Assembly (NCBI GenBank): GCA_963832165.1
Contig: CAWHTE010000002.1
Coordinates: 1 to 64,000, forward strand
Direction: 5' to 3'
Source of the DNA: an uncultured delta proteobacterium
GTDB lineage: Bacteria; Myxococcota_A; UBA9160; SMWR01
DNA: 64,000 bases
Of the stretch, positions 21,174-33,322 are shown piece after piece; position 1 is the stretch's first letter; every line of letters starts with the position of its first letter. The position numbers and the translations under genes are program-made. Under the pieces are notes generated by a model. It had not been told where the DNA came from, did no database searches, and saw nothing but the letters and a program-made list of their open reading frames with translations.

Positions 21174-22590
21174 GTGAACGACTTCCCGTACGCCGACCGG
21201 TTCGCCGTCAACCGGACGCTCCCGGAGCGCGGCCGGCCGCGCGCCGACGTGCTGGCCGAGATGCGGGCGATGGCCGACCGAGGAGGACGCGTTCTGGGAG
21301 ACCGGCAAGGTCTCGGGGACGATGTACTGCGGCGACCACGAGCACTACGACTTCCTCAGCGAGGCGTTCGGGATGTTCGCCCACGTCAACGCCCTGCAGC
21401 GCGACATGTGCCCGAGCCAGACCAAGTTCGAGGGCGAGGTCATCGCGATGGCGCTCGACCTGATGCACGCCGAGGCCGTCACCGACGGCGAGCCGGCCGG
21501 GCTGGTCACGACCGGCGGGACGGGCTCGATCCTGCATGCGCTGGTCGCCTACCGCGAGCACGCCCGCGAGACGCGCGGCGTGACCCGGCCCAACTTCGTG
21601 AAGCCCGAGACCGGCCACGCGGCGTTCGACAAGGGCTGCCACCTGTTCGGGATCGAGCTGCGGGTCGCGCCGGTCGACCCGAAGACGACGCTGGCCGACG
21701 TCGACGCGATGGCCGAGCTCGATCGACGACCAGACGATCGCGATCATGGGCTCGGCCGGCAACTACGCCTACGGCACGATCGACCCGATCGCCGAGCTGG
21801 CGGCGCTCGCGTCGGATCGCGGCGTCGGGATGCACGTCGACGGCTGCCTCGGCGGGTTCATCCTGCCGTTCGGCGCAGGAGCTCGGGCTCGCCGATCCCG
21901 GTGTTCGACTTCCGCGTGCCCGGCGTGACCTCGATCTCGGCCGACACCCACAAGTACGGCTACGCGTTCAAGGGCAGCTCCACGCTGCTGTTCCGCGACA
22001 AGGCGCTGCGCAAGGCGCAGTACTTCCACCTGCTCGACTGGAGCGGCGGCAAGTACATGTCGCCCGGCATGGAGGGCTCGCGCTCCGGCGGCCTGATCGC
22101 CAGCACCTGGGCGTCGATGGTGTCGCTGGGCCGCGACGGCTACCGCGAGCACGCGCAGCGAGATCTTCGAGACGGCCGCCGCGATGATGGACGTCGTCCG
22201 CATCGCACCCCGAGCTGCGGATCATGGGGGAGGGGACGAGCGGCGCGCCGACGTTCTGCTTCTCCTTCACCTCCGACGACGTTCGAGATCTACCACCTCG
22301 TCGACTTCCTGGGCCCGAAGGGCTGGCGGTTCAACGGCCAGCAGTACCCCAACGCCATCCACATGGCCGTCACCCGGCCGCAGACGCGGGCGGGCGTGGT
22401 CGAGGCGTTCGCCGCCGACCTGGCCGAGGCCATCGCGTACGCGAAGGAGAAGGAGGCCGCCGGCGAGGAGGCGTTCGCCGGCGCGATCTACGGCGGCGTC
22501 GGCCGGCGGGCTCGACCAGGCGACCTCCGACTTCATCGTCGCGGTGATGGACGACATGCTCGACAAGCAGCAGTCGCTGCCCCCGCATGA
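21174..22590 (+). CDS. Sphingosine-1-phosphate lyase-like PLP enzyme (frameshifted)
   Basis: [57 protein letters not shown] are SPL-type motifs. Confidence 0.88.
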
Positions 22591-24133
22591 GCGACGGCGA
22601 CCTCGTCCTGGCGGTCGACCTCGGGACCGGCGGCCCCAAGGTCGGCTTCGTCACCATGCGCGGCGAGGTGCGTCTGGTGGGAGCACACCCCGGTGCCGAC
22701 GTACGTCGGGCCGGGCGGCGAGCGCACGCAGGACGCCGAGGACTGGTGGCGGTGATCGTGCGAGTCCGTACGCCGCGGCCGCGACGTCCGTGGACGCGTC
22801 CCGGGTCGTCGGCCGTCAGCGTCACCGGCCAGTGGGCCAGCACGGTGCCCGTCGACGAGACGGGTCGGCCCGTCGGCGCCGTGCGTGCTCTGGAGCGACA
22901 CCCGCGGGGCGCCGTACTCGCGGGCGGCCGTCGGCGGACCGGTCTCGGGCTACGCGCCCAAGCCGCTGGCCACCTGGCTGCGTCGCAGCGGCGGGATCCC
23001 GACGCACGTCCGGCGCCGACCCGGTCGGGCACATGCTGTTCCTGCAGCACGAGGGGCCCGACCTGCTCGCGCGGACCCGCTGGCTGCTCGAGCCGGTGGA
23101 CTACCTGACCATGCGGTTCACCGGCGTGCCCGCGGCCAGCCTCGCCTCGATGACCGGCGCCTGGCTGACCGACAACCGTTCGCTGGCGACGCTGGCCTAC
23201 GACGACGTGCTGGTGCGCGCTGGCCGGCGTCGACGCGTCGCGGCTGCCGCCGCTGGTCGCGACGGGTTCGGTCGTCGGCCCGGTGCTGCCCGAGGTGGCC
23301 GCCGAGCTCGGCATCCCGGCCGCCGCCGTCGCCGTCACCGGCCTGCCCGACCTGCACTCCGCCGCCGTCGGCGCCGGCGCGGTCGAGCTCGGCGAGCCGC
23401 ACGCCTCGATCGGCACCACCGCCTGGATCAGCGCGCCGGTGCCGCGCAAGAAGACCGACGTGATGCGGCAGCAGGCCAGCGTGCCGGGCCTCGACAACGC
23501 GTCGTACCTGCTGGCCAACAACCAGGACTCCGCCGGCCGCAACCTCGCAGTGGTGGCGCGACGCGGTCGCGCCCGACGCACGTCGTACGACGAGCTGCTG
23601 GCCGAGGCCGCGGCGACGCCGCCGGGCGCGGGCGGCGTGCGTGTTCACGCCCTGGCTGACCGGCGAACGCTCGCCGGTCGACGACCGCAACGCGCGCGCC
23701 GGCTTCCACGGCGTCGGCGAGACGGCCACCCGCGGCCACCTGACCCGCGCCGTGCTCGAGGGCGTCGCGCTCAACGCCGCCTGGCTGCTGGGCGCCGCCG
23801 AGCGGTTCGTCGGCGGCCCGCTTCGACGAGCTCCGCCTCGTCGGCGGCGGCGCCCGGTCGGACCTGTGGTGCCAGGTGCTGGCCGACGTCACCGACCGGA
23901 CGATCGTGCGGGTCACCGACCCGTGGCTGGCCGGGCTGCGCGGCGCCGCCCTGTTCGCGGCCGCTCTCGTGCGGCCGGATCCGGCGCGGGAGGTCCGCGG
24001 CCTGGTGCCCACCGACGAGCCGTTCCGGCCCGACCCGCGCCACCGGGCGACGTACGACGCCCTGGCGCGGGAGCTGCCGAAGCTCTACGCCGCCCAGCGC
24101 GGGTTCTTCCGCCGGATGGGCGCTCGGGGCTGA
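22587..24133 (+). CDS. FGGY-family carbohydrate kinase, xylulokinase-like (frameshifted)
   Basis: LAVDLGTGGPK, TGQWASTVPVD, LWSDTR, SIGTT, FTPWLTGERSP, RAVLEGVA; ATGA overlap with the lyase. Confidence 0.88.
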
Positions 24134-24151
24134 CCCGTAGCCTTGAGGATT

Positions 24152-25271
24152 GTGGCAGGACCCGACTTCGACACCGAGATCAAGCAGCTCCAGGCGACGA
24201 TGAGCACGATCGGCCAGGTGCTGGACCTCGACGGCATGCGCCGCGAGATCGCCGACCTCGGTGAGCAGGTCGCCGCACCCGACCTGTGGGACGACCAGAC
24301 CAACGCCACCCGGGTCACCGGCCGGCTCTCGGCGCTGCAGGGCGAGCTCGACCGCTTCTCCGACCTGGAGAGCCGGATCGAGGACCTCGGCGCGCTCGTC
24401 GAGCTCGGTCTGGAGGTGGACGACGCCGCGTCGCTGGCCGAGGCCGAGGCCGAGCTGCCCAAGGTCAAGAAGGCCGTCGAGGCGCTCGAGGTCCGCACCC
24501 TGCTGTCGGGCGAGTACGACGCCCGCGAGGCGCGTGATCACGATCCGCTCCGGCGCCGGTGGCGTCGACGCCGCCGACTTCGCCGAGATGCTGATGCGGA
24601 TGTACATGCGCTGGGCCGAGCAGCACAAGTACCCCGTCGAGGTCTTCGACACCTCCTACGCCGAGGAGGCCGGCCTCAAGTCGGCCACCTTCGCGATCCA
24701 CGCGCCCTACGCCTACGGCACCCTCTCGGTCGAGGCCGGCACCCACCGCCTGGTGCGGATCAGCCCGTTCGACAACCAGGGCCGCCGCCAGACGTCGTTC
24801 GCGGCCGTCGAGGTGGTGCCGGTGCTGGAGCAGACCGACGAGATCGAGATCCCCGACGAGGACATCCGCGTCGACGTCTACCGCTCGTCGGGTCCCGGCG
24901 GCCAGTCGGTCAACACCACCGACTCCGCGGTCCGGCTGACCCACATCCCCACCGGCACCGTCGTCTCGTGCCAGAACGAGAAGTCGCAGCTGCAGAACAA
25001 GGCCTCGGCGATGGTGATCCTCAAGGCCAAGCTGCTGGTGATGAAGAAGGCCGAGGAGGCCGCCGAGATCAAGGAGCTCAAGGGCGACGTCCAGGCGACG
25101 TGGGGCGACCAGATGCGCAACTACGTGCTGAACCCCTACCAGATGGTCAAGGACCTGCGCACCGGCTACGAGGTCGGCAACCCGCAGGCCGTCTTCGACG
25201 GCGACCTCGACGCGTTCATCGAGGCCGGCATCCGCTGGCGCCGCGGCGCCGAGCGGGCCGCCGAGAACTAG
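24152..25271 (+). CDS. prfB: Peptide chain release factor 2 (one indel near 24530)
   Basis: [37 protein letters not shown]. Confidence 0.97.
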
Positions 25272-25293
25272 GAGCACGCGCGAAGCTCCGCTG

Positions 25294-25327
25294 GGTGAGG
25301 CGGTCGCGCAGCGACCGTCTCGAAACC
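25294..25327 (+). repeat. REP-like palindrome / possible terminator after prfB
   Basis: gaggcggtcgc-gca-gcgaccgtctc hairpin followed by gaaacc. Confidence 0.6.
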
Positions 25328-25492
25328 CGGCTGATGTCGCGGACCGCGTCCGGTACAGGTCCAAAGCCCGAGCGCACCGGGCACGGTTCGTCGGGCGGTC
25401 GACCGCTGTGGTCACCGTCCGTGAAGGTCCAGATCACAAGTAGGTCACGATCGAGATTTCCCTTGTGGAAAAGGGGTTCTGAGGCCAATCAG

Positions 25493-25514
25493 TGTCGGTG
25501 GTCGATGCTTGAGT
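25493..25514 (+). promoter_or_regulatory. PafBC-type (RecA-independent) promoter, one mismatch
   Basis: TGTCGG-N10-TTGAGT, 6 nt before ATG 25521. Confidence 0.55.
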
Positions 25515-25520
25515 AGACCT

Positions 25521-26260
25521 ATGAGCACGACGATCGGGGAGCGGTTCGAGGTCGGCGACCTCGACGCCGCCGGGGTGCTCGAGGCGGCTCGGGAGAACGA
25601 ACGCGAGATCCGCCGACGCGAGTTCCTCAAGCTCCGGCTCGCCGCGCACTGGGCCGACCTGCACCCGGCCACCGCCGACTCCGGGGTCGAGACCCCCGGC
25701 GGCCCGGCGTTGGACGTGCTGCTCGCCGATGAGTCGCTCGGTGGCGACGGCACCCCGGCGGTCGCCGCGTTCACCCCCGAGGCGTTCGCGGTCGCGCATC
25801 GGTGCCTCACCGGCGGCGGCCGGGCAGCTGATCGCCGACGCCCTCGACCTGCGCCACCGCCACCCCTTGCTGTGGAAACGCGTCGACGGCTCGAGGTACC
25901 GGCCTGGCAGGCCCGCCGCGTCGCCCAACAGACCCACCGCCTCCCGTACGCCGGCGCCCGGCTGGGTCGACGAGCAGCTCGCCACCCGCACCGGCTGCGG
26001 CCCGGTCATCGTCGACCGGCTCGTCGCCCAGGCCATCGCCCAGTACGACCCCGAAGACCACGAGAAGCGTGAGGACGACGCCAAGGCCGGCTGGGACGTC
26101 ACCCTCACCCACCCCGAGGCCACCGACTTCGCCGGCACCTCCCACCTCGAGGCCCACGGCGACACCCTGACCTTGAAGGCGTTCTACGACCTGGTCTGAC
26201 GCCCACCGGCCACTTCCTCGGCACGGACCCCACGGGCACGATCCTACCTCACTGGCGTGA
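25521..26260 (+). pseudogene. DUF222/HNH (13E12-like) endonuclease remnant with internal deletion
   Basis: LAAHWADLHP, LGGDGTP.VA.F, LIADALDLRHR.P.LW; stop at 26199, then C-terminal-like TPTGH..DPTGT with no HNH motif. Confidence 0.7.
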
Positions 26261-26502
26261 GTGGGTGAGCTCAGGACGATCTGCTACCCAAGGCCACCTG
26301 CGGTCCACGAAGCGGTCTTCTGCGGAATTGGTGCTCCCCGAGTCGTCCATGCCGCACCTGCGCGCAACGTCTGTACCGCTGGTCTGTCTTCGTTCCAGAC
26401 AACGACGAACTCGTGCACGCCCAAGCGACAGCGCCAAGGCTTGTTGCTCGATGGTCGCCTCCCGGTGAGCTCTCGCGGACCGGTCGACCCGCGATCAGCC
26501 AC
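26249..26502 (-). CDS. Possible small Cys/His zinc-ribbon-like protein (frameshifted)
   Basis: CRLGVH...RYRRC..RCG pieced across frames. Confidence 0.35.
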
Positions 26503-26551
26503 TTCCCGGTCCCGCGGACAAGACGCTACGCCGGTGGCCGCCAGCTCGGAA

Positions 26552-26573
26552 GGTCGCTGCGCGAGCAGCGACC
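26552..26573 (-). terminator. Hairpin downstream of cytidylyltransferase-like gene
   Basis: ggtcgctgc-gcga-gcagcgacc just past the stop. Confidence 0.45.
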
Positions 26574-26575
26574 CG

Positions 26576-27048
26576 TCAGATCCCCAGCGCCTCGTTGATC
26601 CGCGAGGAGGAGTCGGCCTTGGTCTCGCCGCCGACGCCCCAGACCATGGCGATGCCGAGGCGGTCGCAGACGACGGCCTCGGCCGGCGGGACGGCGTCGC
26701 GCTCGGGATCGCGGTCGCCGCCGTTGCAGAAGGTCAGCTCGACCCCGGGGTACGCCGCGTGGATGACCTCGAGGACGCGGCGACGGAGCCGTCCTCGTCG
26801 ACCGCGACGAGGGCGGCGTCGGCCACGCGCAGCGCCTCGACGATGCGCAGCCGGTCGGTCTCGGAGGTGATGACCTTGCCCTTCTTCATCACCTGCTGGG
26901 CGTCGTTGTTGACGATCACCACCAGCGCGTCGGCGAGCGCGCGGGCCGACTCCATCATGTCGAGGTGGCCGACGTGCAGCGGGTTGAAGTAGCCGCTGAC
27001 GATGGCCGCGCGGCGTACGGACGCGGGCAGGGTCGGAAGGCTGGTCAT
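26576..27048 (-). CDS. Cytidylyl/adenylyltransferase-family protein (frameshifted)
   Basis: SGYFNPLHVGH (HxGH), VIVNND, F.NGGDR, K..SSS.I. Confidence 0.85.
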
Positions 27049-27059
27049 CGGCCGACCCG

Positions 27060-27804
27060 TCACATCGCGTTGGGCTCGGGCGAGTCCATGTAGGGGTACT
27101 TCGAGCATGAAGTCGTTGAGGGCCTCACCGGAGACGGCGGAGCAGTACTGCCACACGCCGACCTGGCCGTCGCCCGCCGGGTCCTGGTCGGCGCCGCCGA
27201 TGGACCAGTGCGTGAACGCGATGTGCTGGCCGTCGGGGAACGCCTTGCCGTCGCTCTCGAGCCACGGCACCGCCTTGAACTTGAAGCGGAGGTTGCTCGG
27301 TGCCGGCGAACTTGTCGGCGATCCCGCGCAGCTCGGTCATCTGCGTCGGCGTCGTCGGCGACGGTCTCGTCGTACCAGAGGATCGTGTAGCCGTGCTCGA
27401 GGTTGTGCACGAGGATGCCGAGCTCGGGCCGGTCGCCCTCGGTGTAGAGCTTGCGCTCCATCGGGTCGGGGGTGTTGTAGTGCTCGCCGAACGCCGGCGG
27501 CGCGTCGTTGTAGAAGATCGCCTGGCCGTCGGGCACGTGCTGCTGGTTGCCGGTCGCCTTCTTGGTCGTCGCCTTCGCGCACACCGAGGCGGGCGCGCCG
27601 ATCTTGTCGATGGCGACGTCGCTGAACTGGCGCAGGTCCCACCAGTTCTTGATCGGGCGGTACGCCGCCAGGCCGACGATCAGCAGCGCGACCACCGAGC
27701 AGACGCCGACGATCGGCGAGGCCGCGACGCTTCTCCGCGCTCTTCTGCTGGGAACGGATCTGCTCGATGACCGCCTGGCGGTCGGTCTTGGCTTGCTTGG
27801 CCAC
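27060..27804 (-). CDS. DUF3105 membrane-anchored protein (frameshifted)
   Basis: QHV...Y..PPAFGEH, VHNLEHG, C-terminal SPEP. Confidence 0.85.
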
Positions 27805-27856
27805 GTGCGGGTCCTTGCGGTGCTCAGGGGTGCGGGTCGGGGAACGACGGCAGAGT

Positions 27857-28836
27857 CTACGTAAGAAGGGGTGACGGCCGGAGATCGACGACGCCCTCCG
27901 GCTGGCTCGCCTCGACCTCCCAGCCGTGGGCGTACGCCGCGACGCCGAGCCGCCCAGGCCGCCCGCGGTCCGGGGCGTGGGCGCGCACGAGGCCTCGGTC
28001 GGCCACCGTGCCGCGTCGAGGCCGAGCGCTCGGCGAGGGCCTCGACCAGCTCGTCGGCCGAGGCCGCGCGCGCCGAAGGCGGGCGCGTCGGCCGGGTCGC
28101 CCGCGAGCGCCCGCAGCACCGCCTCGCGGGCGCCGTAGCCGAACAGGTCGGCGTCGTCGGCGCGGACCAGCGCCGCGGCGCCGGGCCCGTCGTCGTCCGG
28201 CCGGCAGCACGAGGTCGGCCCGGCCGCGGACCACGGCGAACGGCCGGCCGGCCAGCTTGCCCTGCGCCAGCTCGGCGGCCCCGGCGATCTCGTCGGCGAC
28301 GGCGGGAGCCGTGACGGCGAGCGGGTTGCCGTGCGGGTCGGTGCGGCCGGCGAAGCTCTCGGCCACCCGCAGCCCGGCGGCCCCGATGGCGATGTCGGTC
28401 TGGCCCTCGCGCCAGGCGCGGCCGGCGGTGTCGGTGACCACGACGCCGACCACCCGGCCGGTGAGCTCGTGCAGCCGTCGGCGCAGCGGCGCGGGCCGAC
28501 GCGTCGGGGTCGACGGGCAGCAGCACGACGTGGCCCGGCGCGACGTTGGAGGCGTCCACGCCCGGCGGCGGCCAGGGTCAGGCCGTGCCGGGTGCGCACG
28601 ATCGTGGTCGGCCCGCGCCGGGCGACCACGCGCACCGTCTCGTCGGCGATCGCGTCCTCGCGGTCGCCCGCCCGGACCCGGCCCTCGGCCTTGGCGACGA
28701 CCTTGCTGGTGACGACCACGACGTCGCCGTCGCGCGAGCCCGTCGGCCCGAGCAGGCCGAGGAGCATCGCCGCGAGGTCGTCGCCGGCGCCGATCTCGGG
28801 CGCGCCGTCGGGCGCCGCACGACGGTCGAGGGTCAC
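27857..28836 (-). CDS. cofE: Coenzyme F420-0:L-glutamate ligase (frameshifted)
   Basis: [46 protein letters not shown]. Confidence 0.92.
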
Positions 28837-29861
28837 GGCGACCAGCTCGACCGCGGCCGCCGCCATCGCCGCGGTGGCGTCGAGGTCGGTCATCAGCAGC
28901 GGGACGGCCCGGCAGGGCAGGCCGGCGTCGACCACGCGGCGTACGTCGTCGGCGTCGGCCTCGTCGACCAGCCAGCCGTCGAGGACGCCGCCGTCGGCTG
29001 CGGGCGCCGTAGTGGAGGCCGACGCCGGCGGCGCTGACCTCGACGCCGATCGTGGTGAGCAGCTGCTCGGCCATGCCGCGCAGGTGGTGGCCGCCGACGA
29101 TGGGGGAGAGGCCGACCACGCGGGCCCGGGTCGCCACGAGCGCCTCGCGCACCCGGGGGACGCCGAGGATCGTGCCGACCGAGACACCGGGTTGCTGGGC
29201 GGGACGATCACCAGGTCGGCGTCGGTGATCGCGTCGATCACGCCCGGGGCGGGCGAGGACTCGTCGAGGCCGACGAACACCAGCGCCTCGGCGGGCACCT
29301 CGGCGCGCAGCTTGACCCAGTACTCCTGGAAGTGCACGACCCGCCGCCCGCTGGGCGAGTCGGGGTCGGCGATCGCGACGTGGGTCTCGACGCGGTCGTC
29401 GGTCATCGGCAGCAGCCGACGCTGACCCCGTAGACGGCGCGAGCCAGCGCCGGCACAGCGCCTCGGTCACCTGCGGAGAGCGGGTAGCCGGCGTCGAGCA
29501 TCTGGGTGCGCACCAGGTGGGTGGCCAGGTCGCGGTCGCCGAGCCCGAACCACGTCGGCTCGCACGCCGTACGCCGCCAGCTCCTCCTTGGCGTGCCACG
29601 TCTCGTCGCGCCGTCCCCAGCCGCGGTCGTGGTCGATGCCGTCGCCGAGGGTGTACATGACGGTGTCGAGGTCGGGGCAGATCTTCAGCCCGTGCACCCA
29701 CCAGTCGTCGCCGGTGTTGGCGATCACGGTGACCTCGGCGTCCGCCGCGACCCCGGGCAGCCGTCCGGCTCGCGATGCCGTGCAGCAGTCCCTGCAGGAA
29801 CCGGGCACCGCCCACGCCGCCGGAGAGCACGGTGATGCGGCGGACGGCGCTTCGACGGCAT
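28833..29861 (-). CDS. cofD: 2-phospho-L-lactate transferase (frameshifted)
   Basis: [36 protein letters not shown]. Confidence 0.93.
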
Positions 29862-29949
29862 GGCGAACAGCCTGCCGCAGGGCGGTCGAGCCGGTCTGGA
29901 CCACCCCCAGGAACGGGGGATCGGGTTTCTGCGTATACCAGACGCGGGC

Positions 29950-29981
29950 TTGACTTCCGGGGTACGACAGGCATGTAATTC
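29950..29981 (+). promoter_or_regulatory. whiB promoter
   Basis: TTGACT-N18-TGTAAT(TC) upstream of whiB. Confidence 0.6.
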
Positions 29982-30042
29982 CAACAGTGTTCTTCCGCAC
30001 GGACAACCGAGGTCGAAGAACCGGGTCGAAAGGGCGAGTGCC

Positions 30043-30321
30043 GTGAGAGAACTGTTTCTCCTCGACGCGGACGCCGAGGACGGGGGCTGGCAGGAGCGCG
30101 CATTGTGCGCCCAGACCGACCCGGAGGCGTTCTTCCCCGAGAAGGGCGGCTCCACCCGGGAGGCCAAGAAGGTCTGCCTCACCTGCGACGTGCGCAACGA
30201 CTGCCTGGAGTCCGCGCTGATGAACGACGAGCGCTTCGGCATCTGGGGCGGTCTCTCCGAGCGCGAGCGCCGCAAGCTGAAGAAGAAGGCCGCGTGTCTG
30301 ACCGCCGGCTCGGCGTGGTGA
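30043..30321 (+). CDS. whiB: WhiB (WhiB2/WhmD-type) transcription factor
   Basis: [31 protein letters not shown]....C...[13 protein letters not shown]; divergent from cofD. Confidence 0.96.
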   Translation: MRELFLLDADAEDGGWQERALCAQTDPEAFFPEKGGSTREAKKVCLTCDVRNDCLESALMNDERFGIWGGLSERERRKLKKKAACLTAGSAW

Positions 30322-30385
30322 CCCGGCGTGGGCCTGCGCGCCGAATCGGAGGCTCGCCGGGCGGCTCCCGTTAACGTGAACCCCC

Positions 30386-33322
30386 GTGAATCCGGCCCCG
30401 GGAGAGCGCGTCGTCGCGCTCGTCGTCAGCCATGACGGCGCCCGGTGGCTGCCCTCGGTGATCGCGGGCCTCCGGGCCAGCGGACCGCCCCGGCCGCGTC
30501 GTCGCCGTCGACACCGGCAGCAAGGACGCCTCGCGCCGACCTGCTCGAGGCGGCGTTCGGCGCGGACGCCGTCGTGCGCGCGCCGTCGTCGACGTCGTTC
30601 CCCGTCGCCGTCCGGCTGGGGCTCGAGCACGTCGCCGCCGACTGCCGAGTGGGTCTGGCTCCTCCACGACGACGCCAACCCGGCCCCCGACGCGCTGGCC
30701 GCGCTGCTGGCGGCGGCCGAGGCCGACCCGGAGGCCGACGTGCTCGGCCCCAAGCTGCGCGAGTGGCCCTCGCTGCGCCGGCTGCTCGAGGTCGGCGTCA
30801 CCATCTCCGGCACCGGCCGCCGCGAGACCGGCCTCGAGCGCAGCGAGTACGACCAGGGCCAGCACGACGACGTCCGCACCGTGCTCGCCGTCAACACCGC
30901 CGGCATGCTCGTCCGCCGCTCGGTGCTCGAGGAGCTCGGCGGCTTCGACGAGCAGCTGCCGGTCTTCGGCAACGACATCGACTTCGGCTGGCGGGCGGCG
31001 GCGGCCGGCCACAAGACGGTCGTGGTGCCCGCGGCGGTGGTCTTCCACGTCGAGGCCGCCCACCGCGGCGTCCGCCGGACGCCGCTCACCGGCCGGCACA
31101 CGCACTACCAGGAGCGCCGGGCCGCGCTGTACACGCTGCTGGCCAACGCCCGCGGCCGGTCGCTGCCGTGGCAGGTGGTCCGCCTCGGGCTCGGGCACCC
31201 TGCTGCGGGTGCGTCGGCTTCCTGCTGGTGCGCGCCGTCGGGCAGGCGCTCGACGAGCTGGCCGCCCTGGTCTCGCTCTACGGCAGCCCGCGGACAGGTG
31301 CTCGCCGCCCGGCGCGAGCGGCGACGCCGGCGCCCGGCACCGACCGAGCACGACGTCCGCGGGCTGCTGGCGCCCTGGTGGCTGCCCTACCGGCACGGCC
31401 TCGACTCGGTCAGCGACCTCGTCGCGGCCGCTGACCCTCCAGGCCCAGGACGTCGCCGAGCGCCGGCGGGCCGCCGCCGCGGCGGCCGAGGCCGACCATC
31501 CCGTCACGCCGCCGGCGGCGTCACGCCCGTCGACGAGGACGACGAGCCGCCGAGGACACCGGCCTGGTGGCCCGGTTCCTGACCAACCCGGTGGCCCTCG
31601 GCGCTCGCCGCTGTTCGTGCTGCTGGTGCTGTTCGGCGCCCGCGAGGCGATCGGCCCCGTCAGCGGCGGCGGCCTGTCGGCCGCGCCCGGCCGCCGCCCG
31701 CGACCTGTGGCGGCTGCACGATCGAGTCGTGGCACGCCGCTCGGCCAGGGCACGGCCGTGCCCGCGCCGCCGTACGTGCTGCCGCTCGCGATGCTGGCCA
31801 CGCTCGCTGGGCGGCAGCGTCGCCGCCGCGGTGTCGGCGATCCTGCTGCTCGCCGTGCCCGTGGCGCTGTGGGGCGCCTGGCGGTTCCTGCGGGTGGTCG
31901 GCCGCCTCAGCGACGCCGCCGGTGCGCCGCGCTGGCTGCTGGCCGTGGCCGCGAGCACCTACGCGCTGGTCCCGGTCGTCAGCGGCGCGTGGGGCGACGG
32001 TCGGCTGGGGATCGTGGTCGTCGACGGCCGTGCTGCCGTGGCTGGGCCACGCCGCGCTCGGCTTCGCCGACCCCGAGCCCGACCGGCGCTGGCGGGCGGC
32101 CTGGCGCTCGGGACTGCTGCTCGCCCTGGTCGCGGCGTTCACGCCCGTCGCCTGGTTCTTCGCCGCCGCACTGGTCGTCGCGCATCGTCGGCGTCGGCTT
32201 CGGCGATCGCGCCCGGCGCTGATGCGCGACCGCTCGGTCTGGGGCCCGCCGGCCGCGATGCTCGCGGCCGTGCCCGTGCTGCTCGCGCCGTGGTGGCTGC
32301 CGGCCGTCGTGCACGGCGCCGCGCGCAGCCTGCTGCTCGACACCGGCCGGCTGCCCGAGCCCGAAGCTCGGCTTCGACGAGCTGCTCGCCGGCCGGCTGC
32401 CCGGCGACCTCGGCGCGCCCTGGTGGCTGGGCATCGCCCTGGTCGTGATGGCCGTGCTGGCCCTGATCCCGTCGCGCACCCGGATCCCGGTGCTCGTGGT
32501 GTGGATCGTCGCGCTCGTCGCGGCCGTCACCTCGGCCGCCCTCGGCGCGGTCGCTCTCGACCTGCCCGGTCGGCGAGGCCCGGCCGGGCCTGGGCTTCTT
32601 CCTCGTCGTGCTGCGCGGCGCCTTCGTGGTCGCCGCCTTCATCGCCGATCCACGGCCTGGCCACCCGCGCGCGCCGCACCGGCACCGCCGCTGCGGCGGC
32701 TGGTCCCGGTCGTGCTGACCGCGGTCGCGGCCGTGGTGCCCGGTGCTCGGCCTGGCTGGTTCGTGCTCGAGGGACCCGGCGAGCTGCACCGACGAGCGCG
32801 ACACCGGCATCCCGGCGTACATGGTCGCAGGACGCGCTGCGCGGACCCGCGCACGGCATCCTGGTGATCCGCGGCAGCGTCGAGGACGGCCTCGACCTAC
32901 GCCGTCCGCCGCGGCGACGGCGTCACCATCGGCGAGGACGAGATCCTCGCCGCCACCCCGAGCCGACGCCGAGTTCGACGCCGACGGTCCGGAGCTGACC
33001 TCGCGGCCGCGCGCGGCCGTCGTCGCGCGGCTGGCCGACCGCGGCATCCAGTACGTCGTGCTGCCGGCGCCCGCCGACGGCACGGTCGCCGCGGGGCTCG
33101 ACGCGTCCGGCGGCCTCGACCAGGCCAGCGCCGAGGACCGGTCCACCCGCGCCTGGCAGGTGAGCCGGCCGGTCGACGAGGACGCCCTCGACGGGCCCGA
33201 CGTCGTGGCTGCGCGTCGGGCTGCTCGTGCTGCAGGGCGTCGGCCATCGTGGTCGTGCTGGTGCTGTGCGCGCCCACCGGCGAGCGAGCGCGGGCGCGCC
33301 GCGGACGGAGGCCGAGTCATGA
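30386..33322 (+). CDS. Large GT2 glycosyltransferase/membrane protein (many frameshifts)
   Basis: [34 protein letters not shown]; multi-TM C-terminal part. Confidence 0.85.

Noticed and set aside
19607..21211. Methyltransferase-YwaF fusion
   Set aside because: Region is full of indels, the families are unrelated and a separate GTG exists at 20314.
24500..24560. Programmed +1 frameshift in prfB
   Set aside because: The break is near codon 127 with no CTT-TGA site or internal SD; it matches the surrounding indel noise.
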